A DNA stretch of 64,000 bases from an uncultured bacterium (GTDB lineage Bacteria; Omnitrophota; Omnitrophia; Omnitrophales; Abzuiibacteriaceae), in NCBI GenBank assembly GCA_964387845.1, contig CAYLXA010000011.1, positions 32,001 through 96,000 of the forward strand, read 5' to 3'. Below are positions 9,477 to 17,876 of this stretch, in pieces. Position 1 is the first letter of the stretch; each line of letters begins with the position of its first letter. The notes below the pieces were generated by a model. The model did not search any database, had not been told where the DNA came from, and saw nothing but the letters and a program-made list of their open reading frames with translations. Both the position numbers and the translations under genes were made by a program.

Positions 9477-11231
9477 ATGGGCGTCTATAAGCGGCTTTTA
9501 GGATATGTTTACCCGCACCGGCACAGGCTGGCGATGGCTGTGGTGTGCATGTTTTTCCTTTCTATATCGCAGGTACTGGTTTCGGCCGTGCTTTATATCG
9601 TCGTTAACGGCTTTTACAACGAAGGTTACGTTATTATAGAAAATATTCCCCACGCGCCGGATTTTGTGCAAGGAATCCGGTTTCCGGTCACCTGGATTCC
9701 CATTATAGTTGTCGGCGTCTTTTTATTTCGCGGTGTTTTTGATTACGCCTCCAATTACCAGATGGCAGCTGTTGGTATCCGCGCAATCCGGAAAGTGCGC
9801 GATGATTTGTATGAAAGGCTGGTTCATCTGTCGCTTGATTTTTATTCGCGCGGGCGTACCGGCGAATTGATGAGCCGCATCTTAAACGACGTCGGATTTA
9901 TCCAGGGCGGTATTACGGATGTGCTGGTCGACCTTGTCAAACAACCCTTCGTTATTTTGTTCAACATCCCCATGATTTTCATTTGGGGCGGGCCGGTTGC
10001 GATCGCGGCAGTTTTGGTATTTCCGATTGTGGTGATTCCGATTGCCGCACTCGGTAAGCAGCTGCGCGGACTGACGCGGAAAATGCAGGAACGCACCGCC
10101 GATATTTCATCGATGCTCGAAGAAACTTTTACCGGCATCCGAATCGTCAAAGCGTTTAACATGGAACAGCGGGAAATCGAAAAATTCAAAGGCGTTAACC
10201 GCAGCGTTTTCGAGTTTTTCAAAAAAACAATTCGTGTGACCGTGATTCAGCGCCCGATCATCGAAGTGTTTGCCGCAATCGGTGCCGGCACGGCAATTTG
10301 GTTTGGCTATCAACATTTGACCCCTGACCGTTTCGTAGCGCTCATCGGATCGCTTTTTATTTTCTACGAGCCGTTTAAAAAACTGAGCAAGGTCAATAGC
10401 ACGATTCAACAATCTATTGCGGCCGGAAACCGGATTTTTGAAGTGATGGATCAAGTGCCTTCCGTGCAGAGCAAGCCCAATGCGGCGAAACTCGCGGCGC
10501 CGATTCAATCGGTTTTGTTCGACAACGTTCATCTTTCCTATGAAACCGGCAGTGAAATATTGAGCGGCATCTCAATCGAAGTGAAAGCAGATCAAGTTTT
10601 GGCGATCGTGGGTCCGAGCGGTTCCGGGAAAACTTCCTTGGTGAATATGATTCCGCGTTTTTATGATCCGACCAAAGGAAGCATCAAGATCAACGGGATT
10701 GATATCCGTGATTGTGAATTGAAATCACTCCGTGAACAAATCGGCATTGTGTCGCAAGAAACTGTTTTGTTTAACACAACGGTCATGGAAAACATTGCTT
10801 ACGGAAAACCTTCCGCAACTTTAGAGCAGGTGATTGAAGCCGCTAAAGCTGCGTTTGCTGACGAATTTATACGAGCACTGCCGAATGGATACGGAACGAT
10901 CGTGGGCGAAAAGGGCGTCAAGCTTTCCGGCGGTCAGCGTCAACGGCTTTCGATTGCGCGCGCGCTTCTCAAAAATCCGCCTATTTTAATTTTGGACGAA
11001 GCTACGTCACAGCTGGATACTGAAAGCGAAAGACAGGTTCAGGCCGCGATTGACCGCCTGATGCAGGGAAGGACCGTTTTTGTGATTGCGCACCGGCTTT
11101 CGACCATTCAGAGCGCAGACCGGATTATTGTATTGGAACGGGGAAAGATTGTGCAGTCCGGAACAAACGACCGGTTGCTGCAAGAAGAAGGTCCCTACAA
11201 ACGCCTTTACAACCTACAGTTTAATATTTAG
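9477..11231 (+). CDS. msbA: ABC transporter permease/ATPase, lipid A flippase-like
   Basis: 584 aa. An N-terminal 6-TM domain is followed by Walker A GPSGSGKTS, the ABC signature LSGGQRQR and Walker B ILILDEATS. It sits in an lpx neighbourhood. Confidence 0.7.
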   Translation: MGVYKRLLGYVYPHRHRLAMAVVCMFFLSISQVLVSAVLYIVVNGFYNEGYVIIENIPHAPDFVQGIRFPVTWIPIIVVGVFLFRGVFDYASNYQMAAVGIRAIRKVRDDLYERLVHLSLDFYSRGRTGELMSRILNDVGFIQGGITDVLVDLVKQPFVILFNIPMIFIWGGPVAIAAVLVFPIVVIPIAALGKQLRGLTRKMQERTADISSMLEETFTGIRIVKAFNMEQREIEKFKGVNRSVFEFFKKTIRVTVIQRPIIEVFAAIGAGTAIWFGYQHLTPDRFVALIGSLFIFYEPFKKLSKVNSTIQQSIAAGNRIFEVMDQVPSVQSKPNAAKLAAPIQSVLFDNVHLSYETGSEILSGISIEVKADQVLAIVGPSGSGKTSLVNMIPRFYDPTKGSIKINGIDIRDCELKSLREQIGIVSQETVLFNTTVMENIAYGKPSATLEQVIEAAKAAFADEFIRALPNGYGTIVGEKGVKLSGGQRQRLSIARALLKNPPILILDEATSQLDTESERQVQAAIDRLMQGRTVFVIAHRLSTIQSADRIIVLERGKIVQSGTNDRLLQEEGPYKRLYNLQFNI

Positions 11232-11277
11232 CCTCAGTTTTCTTTGTTTTTATCTGTAAATAAGCTATAAATCCTGC

Positions 11278-11306
11278 TTGCTCCCATCAGGCGATATTGA
11301 TATAAT
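11278..11306 (+). promoter_or_regulatory. Candidate sigma-70 promoter (TTGCTC, 17-nt spacer, TATAAT) for the rpsB-tsf operon, followed by a ~175-nt leader
   Basis: Perfect -10 hexamer with acceptable -35 and spacing. The leader contains a 9-bp stem hairpin (11343-11367). Confidence 0.4.
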
Positions 11307-11481
11307 TTCCTACTTTTTGGTTTCCCGCTCGTTCCGCAGGTCTTCATGTTTCACGACAACATGAAGGGCTTGAAAGTGAAGATGCGACAGGCGATTGTCC
11401 CGCCTATTTTTCCTGAAAAACAATCATTGGATTGAGCAGGTTGTAAAAAATAGTTTGTTCACTAGGAGGTTTATTTTGTCA

Positions 11482-12336
11482 ATGTCAGTAACTTTGAAGC
11501 AATTGTTGGAAGCAGGCGTTCATTTTGGCCATCAAACGCGCCGGTGGAATCCCAAAATGGCGAAGTATATTTTTGGCGAGAAGAACGGAATTTATATCAT
11601 CAATCTCGAGAAAACGCTCACAGCGCTTCAGTCTGCCTGCGAATATGTGAAGCAGGCGGTTTCGCGCGGCGAAGTGATTCTCTTTGTCGGTACCAAAAAG
11701 CAGGCGCAGGAATCCATCCGCACCGCAGCCGACGAGCTGCAAATGCCTTACGTCAATCAACGCTGGCTGGGCGGCATGCTGACCAACTATGAAACAATCC
11801 GCAAAAGTCTCCACAAGCTTGATGAAATCGATACGATGGAAAGAGAAGGCACCTATCAATTTCTTGCCAAGAAAGAAGTGAACCGGATCAAGAAAAAAGG
11901 CGAGAAGCTCAACAAGGTGCTTTCCGGAATCCGCAACATGAAGCGTTTGCCTGGCGCCGTTTTCATTATTGATCCCACAAAAGAAGAAATCGCAGTCCAA
12001 GAAGCCCGCAAGCTGGGCATTCCGATCGTTGCATTGATCGATACCAATTGCGATCCGGATTTGATCAATCATCCGATTCCAGGCAATGACGATGCGATCC
12101 GCTCCATCAAGCTGATTGTCGAAGCTGTGAAGCAAAGCGTGATTGAAGGCCGTAACGAACATCAACGCATTGCCGACGAAAAGGCACTTGCCGAAGCGGC
12201 CGAGACCGCTAAGCAGATGCAAGAATCCAGCGAAGAAGCTCAGGAAGAAATCTTGGAAATTGCAGATGAAGTTGTCGCAAAATTAGATGATGAAGACAAA
12301 CCCCGCGCCAAGAAAGCGCGCGTTAAAAGCGATTAA
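11482..12336 (+). CDS. rpsB: 30S ribosomal protein S2
   Basis: N-terminus [35 protein letters not shown] at 11464. The ORF-track start at 11395 is an upstream TTG extension. Confidence 0.92.
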   Translation: MSVTLKQLLEAGVHFGHQTRRWNPKMAKYIFGEKNGIYIINLEKTLTALQSACEYVKQAVSRGEVILFVGTKKQAQESIRTAADELQMPYVNQRWLGGMLTNYETIRKSLHKLDEIDTMEREGTYQFLAKKEVNRIKKKGEKLNKVLSGIRNMKRLPGAVFIIDPTKEEIAVQEARKLGIPIVALIDTNCDPDLINHPIPGNDDAIRSIKLIVEAVKQSVIEGRNEHQRIADEKALAEAAETAKQMQESSEEAQEEILEIADEVVAKLDDEDKPRAKKARVKSD

Positions 12337-12348
12337 GGAATTTAGATC

Positions 12349-13185
12349 ATGACTACTAATGTACATTCTTCTCAAGTGAAAGAACTCCGCGATATTACCG
12401 GAGCCGGCATGATGGACTGCAAGCAGGCGCTGCTTGAAACCGGCGGTGATATCGAAAAAGCAAAAGACTATCTCCGGAAAAAAGGCGTTGCCTCAGCCGA
12501 TAAGCGTGCGTCGAAAGAAGCTAAAGACGGTATGATTTTTATCCAGAACGACGGAAAAACCGGCGCCATGGCCGAAGTCAATTCCGAAACTGATTTCGTT
12601 GCACGGACAGATGATTTTCAAAAACTAGGCGCAGCAGCAGTCAAAGCAGTTGCCGAGAAAGGCGAAGCTGCGATTGAGTCGGATGCGATTCAAACACAGG
12701 CAAAAGAAGTCAGCGGAAAAATAGGCGAGAAGATTTCGGTCCGCCGCGCTGTCCGTTTTCAAACGAACGCAGGCCTCGTGGTTTCGTATCGCCACCACAA
12801 TCAAAAAATCGGTGTGATGGTTGAGCTTGCATTTTCGAATGCGGCACTGGCCCAAAATGCGGAAGTAGAAAAGCTGGGCAAAGATATCGCCATGCAGTCC
12901 GCCGCTCTTCGGGCTCCGTTTTTGAGCAAAGATCAAGTATCTGCCGAATTTTTAGAGCGTGAAAAATCGATTTTCAGGGATCAAGTCAAGGACAAACCGG
13001 CCAATGTGCAGGATAAAATTATTGACGGCAAATTACAGAAGCGCTTCGAAGAAGTTTGTCTGCTCGAGCAGAAATCCGTGATTGATCCGGCAAAATCCAT
13101 CGCGCAATTGGTGGATGCGCTCGGGAAAAAACTTGGAAGCCCGATCACCGTAAAACGTTTTCAGCGCTTTGAAATCGGTACTTGA
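12349..13185 (+). CDS. tsf: Elongation factor Ts
   Basis: Begins with a UBA-like N-terminus (VKELRDITGAGMMDCKQAL). 278 aa. Follows rpsB. Confidence 0.92.
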   Translation: MTTNVHSSQVKELRDITGAGMMDCKQALLETGGDIEKAKDYLRKKGVASADKRASKEAKDGMIFIQNDGKTGAMAEVNSETDFVARTDDFQKLGAAAVKAVAEKGEAAIESDAIQTQAKEVSGKIGEKISVRRAVRFQTNAGLVVSYRHHNQKIGVMVELAFSNAALAQNAEVEKLGKDIAMQSAALRAPFLSKDQVSAEFLEREKSIFRDQVKDKPANVQDKIIDGKLQKRFEEVCLLEQKSVIDPAKSIAQLVDALGKKLGSPITVKRFQRFEIGT

Positions 13186-13215
13186 TATCATTGAAAATTT
13201 CAAAGCGTTTATTAA
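13166..13215 (+). terminator. Hairpin (11-bp stem CGCTTTGAAAT/ATTTCAAAGCG) spanning the tsf stop, followed by a T-rich tract; possible partial terminator or attenuator between tsf and pyrH
   Basis: Inverted repeat read directly from the sequence. A second 10-bp stem hairpin lies at 13229-13280. Confidence 0.3.
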
Positions 13216-13329
13216 TATGAATCAAGTACCGCACTTACTACGCATCGGACCTTATTTGTTTATTAATGAGGTAAGTGCGGCGCTGAATAATCAATAGAAC
13301 ACAGCCTGAAACCAACGGAGCCTGTCTCT

Positions 13330-14049
13330 ATGAAAAGTAAAAGAGCCGCGTTTAAGCGCGTTGTTCTGAAAATCAGCGGTGAAGCACTGCAGGGAAGCCA
13401 GCATTACGGCATTGACCACAAAGTGGTTCTCACCATCGCCAAACAAATCAAAACCGTCAACGATTCCGGCGTTGAAATCGCTTGCGTTATCGGTGCGGGC
13501 AATATTTTCCGCGGCATGCAGGCTGTTCGTCAAGGGATGGACCGCGTTAATGGTGACTACATTGGCATGCTGGCGACGATGATCAATTCGCTTTCACTGC
13601 AAGATGCGCTCGAAAAGTTGGGCGTGCATACCCGCGTGATGACGGCCATCCCGATGGAAAAGCTAGCGGAGCCTTACATTCGCCGCCGCGCACTCCGGCA
13701 CTTGGAGAAACGGCGTGTGGTTATTTTCGCCGCCGGAACCGGCAATCCTTATTTCACGACCGACACCGCCGCTGCACTGCGCGCCATTGAAATCAATGCC
13801 GATGCGGTATTAAAAGCAACGCGGGTCGACGGTGTTTATTCGGGCGATCCATTGAAGGACAAAAAGGCTAAAAGATTTGTCCGGCTTAAATATTTAGATG
13901 TTCTGAAAAAACAGCTGCAGGTCATGGATGCGACCGCAGTGTCATTGTGTATGGAAAACAAGCTTCCGATTGTCGTATTTAATTTAAATACGCCGGGCAA
14001 TATTGAAAAAGTAATGCGCGGCGATTCGATCGGAACCGTCGTTAGTTAA
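13330..14049 (+). CDS. pyrH: Uridylate (UMP) kinase
   Basis: [11 protein letters not shown]…GAGNIFRG signature motifs. 239 aa. Confidence 0.92.
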   Translation: MKSKRAAFKRVVLKISGEALQGSQHYGIDHKVVLTIAKQIKTVNDSGVEIACVIGAGNIFRGMQAVRQGMDRVNGDYIGMLATMINSLSLQDALEKLGVHTRVMTAIPMEKLAEPYIRRRALRHLEKRRVVIFAAGTGNPYFTTDTAAALRAIEINADAVLKATRVDGVYSGDPLKDKKAKRFVRLKYLDVLKKQLQVMDATAVSLCMENKLPIVVFNLNTPGNIEKVMRGDSIGTVVS

Positions 14050-14069
14050 TTCAGCAAGCGAGGATTATT

Positions 14070-14642
14070 ATGCAAACCGCAACTTCTGCCAAATCTGTTC
14101 TCGATGAAACCCAGAACCGCATGCAAAAATCCGTTGATGCGACCCATAGCGAATTCCGCAGTATCCATACGGGCCGTGCTTCCATTGCATTGGTCGAAGC
14201 TATTCCGGTTGAGTGCTACGGATCATCCAAGCCGCTAAAAGGTATCGCGTCCATCACAACGCCGGATGCTAAGACGATCAATATTCAACCTTGGGATCCG
14301 TCGATCATTAGCGCAATCGATAAGGCCATCGTCAAAGCCGAGCTTGGCTTGGTTCCTTCAAATGACGGCCGCGTGGTTCGGATTAAAATTCCGTCACTGA
14401 CGGCAGAGCGGCGCAAAGAATTGGATAAAATTATTCGCAAAATCGCAGAAGACGGGCGCGTTTCAATCCGCAACATCCGCCACGAAGCAAATGAAGCGGT
14501 GAAGCGGCTTGAAAAAGCGAAGACGGTCAGTGAAGATGAATCGCGGGGTACTCAGAAAAAAGTTCAGGAGGCCACCGATCGCTTTACGAAAATGGTTGAT
14601 GAGCTTCTGGCGAAGAAGGAAGTTGAAATTCAGGAAGTTTAA
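14070..14642 (+). CDS. frr: Ribosome recycling factor
   Basis: 190 aa, typical RRF sequence. GAGGA RBS upstream. Confidence 0.92.
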   Translation: MQTATSAKSVLDETQNRMQKSVDATHSEFRSIHTGRASIALVEAIPVECYGSSKPLKGIASITTPDAKTINIQPWDPSIISAIDKAIVKAELGLVPSNDGRVVRIKIPSLTAERRKELDKIIRKIAEDGRVSIRNIRHEANEAVKRLEKAKTVSEDESRGTQKKVQEATDRFTKMVDELLAKKEVEIQEV

Positions 14643-14649
14643 AGACACA

Positions 14650-14679
14650 GTATCTAGTATCTCGTATCTAGTATCTAGT
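14650..14679. repeat. Tandem heptamer array (GTATCTN) x4, left arm of a long inverted structure
   Basis: GTATCTA GTATCTC GTATCTA GTATCTA GT was read directly from the sequence, immediately after the frr stop. Confidence 0.7.
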
Positions 14680-14743
14680 TGAACTTATTATTATATGAAT
14701 AGATATTGTTTCTTTCACGTTTTCCTTCCGTTCAATTCTTTAC

Positions 14744-14778
14744 TAGATACTAGATACCAGATACAAGATACGAGATAC
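14744..14778. repeat. Tandem heptamer array (NAGATAC) x5, the reverse complement of the left arm and so its right arm
   Basis: TAGATAC TAGATAC CAGATAC AAGATAC GAGATAC was read directly from the sequence. It ends 9 nt before tRNA-Lys. Confidence 0.7.
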
Positions 14779-14787
14779 GGAAATAAC

Positions 14788-14861
14788 GGGCCCATAGCTC
14801 AGTCTGGTAGAGCACTGCCCTTTTAAGGCAGGTGTCGTTGGTTCAAATCCAACTGGGCTCA
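14788..14861 (+). tRNA. tRNA-Lys (anticodon TTT)
   Basis: Cloverleaf folded by hand. The acceptor GGGCCCA/TGGGCTC is followed by the discriminator A. The anticodon stem CTGCC/GGCAG carries the loop CTTTTAA. The T-loop is GGTTCAAATCC. Confidence 0.85.
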
Positions 14862-14961
14862 ATTTGATTTCGGATTGTGGAGTGCAGATTGAGAGAATAG
14901 ATTGATGATTGTTGATTCCGAAATCCGAAATTAACAATCCGAAATTGTATAATTTGTTAAT

Positions 14962-15035
14962 GTCCCCATCGTCTAGCCTGGTCAGGACAAGAGCTTTTCA
15001 AGCTCTCGGCAGGGGTTCAAATCCCCTTGGGGACA
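14962..15035 (+). tRNA. tRNA-Glu (anticodon TTC)
   Basis: The acceptor GTCCCCA/TGGGGAC is followed by A. The anticodon stem AGAGC/GCTCT carries the loop TTTTCAA. A GTCTAG D-arm typical of tRNA-Glu is present. Confidence 0.85.
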
Positions 15036-15051
15036 CTTTTCTCCGGTATTC

Positions 15052-16266
15052 ATGCCAAAATTTATTCGCTCAAACCTGATTATTTTTGCTGCGGGGTTTT
15101 TGCTCATCTCTATTTTTTCCACTATTCGTTACGAACGGTTTGCATCGAAACGCCAGTACGGGGATTTTCACGTTTACTATGTAACCGGTGAACGGATGCT
15201 GGCAGGCCAATCGATTTATGTCGATGAAACCGAAAAAGTAACGCCCTATAAATATTCACCGCTCACTGCATCTTTCTTTTCCTTACTCGCACTTTCAAAC
15301 GAAAGAACCGCAGCCGGTGTTTGGCACTGCCTCAATCTGGTCTTTTTGCTGGTAAGCGTAATCGCCGGGGGAGGGCTTGCGCGAAAAATTTCAGACGGTC
15401 ACGGAAAATATTTCGTTGCATGGTCTTCGATTTTAGCCGTTATCGGAATTTCGCCGGCCATTCTCCATTGCATGAATTCGGGGCAGGTGGGAATCGCGAT
15501 TTTATTTTGCTATGTGCTGGGCGTTTATTTCACCTCCCGCGATCGGGACATCGCCGCCGGATTTTTCTTTGCGCTATCGTGCATGTTTAAATATCTTCCG
15601 ATTTTGATTTTGCCTTATTTTATATGGCAGAAAAAATGGAAACTGGTTTGGTCTATGATCGGCTGGCTGTTTGTGCTTCATTTTTTGCCGGCGCTTTGGC
15701 TCGGCTGGGATATCAATCTTCGGTATCTCCGGCAATTTCTTCCGTTTTTGACCGGAACCACGCTGGATCATATTTCTCTCCTGGATTTCAAAAATCAGTC
15801 CATGTGGGCGTATTTATACCGGCTGTTTTTCTATGATTTGGGCTTGTTTGAAATCAGAAATCACCCGCACTGGATCTTAGCTTTCGGGGCAATCCTATTC
15901 ACCGCGCTTTACGGACTTGTGATTTCTAGGACGCGTAGAGGATTTCTAGTGCTAGGCTGTTCGTTGCTGGCAATTTTGATCGTGATCTTCAACCCTAATG
16001 CTTGGAAGCATAATTTTGTCCTCTTTTTGCTTCCATATCAAATTTTACTTGCCGCGGCGCTGCAGCTTGGTTGGCAAAGCCGGCAAGCCACGCTTTTGAT
16101 GCTGGTCAGCATCTTATTTTTCGCCTCAAACCAGTCTCTGGTCGGTTGGGGCGGCCGGTTGGAACTGATGTCTTTATCGATTTTGCTTCTGGCCGGGCTG
16201 GTTCTATTCGCCGGATTGCTTCTCAGCCGGTTCCCTCAGGATCCTGCCCCAAAACACAACCTTTAG
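15052..16266 (+). CDS. Polytopic membrane protein, GT87/DUF2029-like (GT-C fold) glycosyltransferase candidate
   Basis: 404 aa with more than 10 predicted TM helices. A DFHVYY motif near the N-terminus resembles the DUF2029/PimE-like family. Family assignment is from memory and is moderate. Confidence 0.5.
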   Translation: MPKFIRSNLIIFAAGFLLISIFSTIRYERFASKRQYGDFHVYYVTGERMLAGQSIYVDETEKVTPYKYSPLTASFFSLLALSNERTAAGVWHCLNLVFLLVSVIAGGGLARKISDGHGKYFVAWSSILAVIGISPAILHCMNSGQVGIAILFCYVLGVYFTSRDRDIAAGFFFALSCMFKYLPILILPYFIWQKKWKLVWSMIGWLFVLHFLPALWLGWDINLRYLRQFLPFLTGTTLDHISLLDFKNQSMWAYLYRLFFYDLGLFEIRNHPHWILAFGAILFTALYGLVISRTRRGFLVLGCSLLAILIVIFNPNAWKHNFVLFLLPYQILLAAALQLGWQSRQATLLMLVSILFFASNQSLVGWGGRLELMSLSILLLAGLVLFAGLLLSRFPQDPAPKHNL

Positions 16267-16405
16267 GGCTTTATCTGACCCTTTAACCCAATATCTAGTA
16301 TTACCCAAAAAGTCTTTCTAAAGCCGTTAAGTTTCTCTAAGTTGTTGACGTACTTGTTGTTTAGGCGATATCGGTGATTCAAAAGTCGCATTTTGGAGGT
16401 GGCTC

Positions 16406-16549
16406 ATGATCACTAAAATGTTAAAAGTATTTGTTCTGACTGTTGCCATGACCTCAACTGTGGTAACCGCATCTTTCGCTTTTGACGGGAAAGATGCGCT
16501 TTCTGGTGTAGTTGTCAAATCAACACTTAAAGCAACGACTTGTCTTTGA
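16406..16549 (+). CDS. Unannotated small ORF (47 aa) with a signal-peptide-like N-terminus, a candidate secreted peptide
   Basis: A GGAGG RBS lies 6 nt upstream of the ATG. The peptide is MITKMLKVFVLTVAMTSTVVTASFA|FDGKDALSGVVVKSTLKATTCL. Not in the ORF track because it is under 60 aa. Confidence 0.3.
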   Translation: MITKMLKVFVLTVAMTSTVVTASFAFDGKDALSGVVVKSTLKATTCL

Positions 16550-17177
16550 CTATCTCTTGAAACCTTCCCGATCTTTTTTCTTCATAACAGCAGCAGGCTT
16601 TTTACTCTTTATTTTGATTTCACACCATCCAGCGGTTCATAGTTTGGATGTTTATTGGATGGGCATATTATACCGTAGCGATATTTCGTTCTTTAATATT
16701 GTGTTTATTCCGTTTATTTTGTGGGGATCGCCTCAAATTATAATCCCCGCGTTTCTTTTGTTATCATTCTGGTTTTATCAGCAAAAGAACTTTAAAGCGG
16801 CTTATTTATGTCTTGCGTCTCTTATAATCGCAACAGGCCTTGAGTTTGTGCTTAAGAATATTTTATGGGTTCCCAAGCCTTCCACAGAGTCATTCGGATC
16901 GCGGTTTCCATTTAAATGGACAGTTGCTTCTTACAAAACCCAGTCGTCATTGCCTAGCGGGCATGTTCTTAGAACGGTTCTTTTTATCTTATTCCTCGTT
17001 CATTGGATTCCTGCGATTCGTAACCGCAAGGCCCTGAAAGTATTTTTAATGTTCTTGCCCTTCATTACAGCTTTTGCTGCAGTCTATTACGGTGCGCACT
17101 GGACAAGAGATGCCGTCGCAGGAGCGTGGCTTGCGGTCTTGGCTTTTCTAGTCTGTGATAGATACGTTGCCTCTTGA
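16512..17177 (+). CDS. PAP2-superfamily (acid phosphatase / lipid phosphate phosphatase) membrane protein
   Basis: PAP2 motifs PSGH (SLPSGHV) and H-x3-D (AHWTRD) are present, with several TM helices. The start is uncertain (TTG at 16512 or an internal ATG at 16656). Confidence 0.65.
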   Translation: MSNQHLKQRLVFDYLLKPSRSFFFITAAGFLLFILISHHPAVHSLDVYWMGILYRSDISFFNIVFIPFILWGSPQIIIPAFLLLSFWFYQQKNFKAAYLCLASLIIATGLEFVLKNILWVPKPSTESFGSRFPFKWTVASYKTQSSLPSGHVLRTVLFILFLVHWIPAIRNRKALKVFLMFLPFITAFAAVYYGAHWTRDAVAGAWLAVLAFLVCDRYVAS

Positions 17178-17306
17178 ATGTTCGGCTGCCTTGACACTCT
17201 ACTTTCCTTATGATAATTTAAGCCCACTTTTTAAAAATCAAACTCATGTAGTTTGATTTTTAGCGTTAGTTTCCGGACGCTAAATTCCAAAAGGAGGGAC
17301 TTCAGC

Positions 17307-17825
17307 ATGGCAAAAAAGCTGGAAGAAAAGATTTTAGACGTTGATGCGAGTATGCAGGGAACGATCACATTTCGTGATCCTGTTAACCTGCGTATTAACG
17401 GAAGTTTTGAAGGCCGTTTGGATGTCCGAGGGAATTTGACCATTGGTGAAAATGCTAACGTGAAAGCCGATATCAGAGGCGATAAAATCTTAGTTGCAGG
17501 AAAAGTGACCGGTAATATCACGGCGTCTGCCAGTCTGGCGGTTATATCGCCTGCGGTGATTCGCGGCAACATTAAGTCCCCGATTTTCAGTGTTGCTGAA
17601 GGTTCCGTTATTGAAGGTCAAGTATCGATGACAAATTTACAAAATTTAGATGCCAATAGCACGCTGTCGTTGCGCGATTTAGCCCAGTACCTTGAAGTTG
17701 AGATGCGCGTCATTGAAGAGTGGGCGCGTGAGAAAAAAATTCCCGGCCGTCAAGAAAACGGCGAGTGGCGGTTTAATAAAGCCACGATTGATAAATGGGT
17801 GCAGGACGAAAAAGTAAAATTGTAA
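17307..17825 (+). CDS. Bactofilin (DUF583 polymer-forming beta-helical cytoskeletal domain) fused to a C-terminal excisionase-type helix-turn-helix (HTH_17) DNA-binding domain
   Basis: Residues ~20-120 show the bactofilin repeat pattern (…RINGSFEGRLDVRGNLTIGENANVKADIRGDKILVAGKVTGNITA…). The C-terminal 50 aa (LSLRDLAQYLEVEMRVIEEWAREKKIPGRQENGEWRFNKATIDKWV) is a typical excisionase/MerR-like HTH. AAGGAGGG RBS before the ATG at 17307. Confidence 0.65.
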   Translation: MAKKLEEKILDVDASMQGTITFRDPVNLRINGSFEGRLDVRGNLTIGENANVKADIRGDKILVAGKVTGNITASASLAVISPAVIRGNIKSPIFSVAEGSVIEGQVSMTNLQNLDANSTLSLRDLAQYLEVEMRVIEEWAREKKIPGRQENGEWRFNKATIDKWVQDEKVKL

Positions 17826-17876
17826 AGTTGATCCGATTCTTTCCGATTTTGTTCCACCAAAGATTTTGCATTTGAA

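Noticed and set aside
11395-11481. TTG-initiated N-terminal extension of rpsB
   Set aside because: The conserved S2 N-terminus begins at MSVTLKQ (11482) with an AGGAGG RBS. The extension is probably an ORF-caller artefact.
14650-14778. Possible CRISPR array (tandem short repeats)
   Set aside because: The units are 7 nt and contiguous with no spacers. The two arrays are inverted relative to each other. No cas genes are present. This is not CRISPR.
15938-15968. Direct repeat GGATTTCTAG x2 with a CTAG core inside the GT-C-like gene
   Set aside because: It lies within the coding sequence (…ISRTRRGFLVLGCS…). It is probably coincidental codon-level repetition, not an intergenic motif instance.
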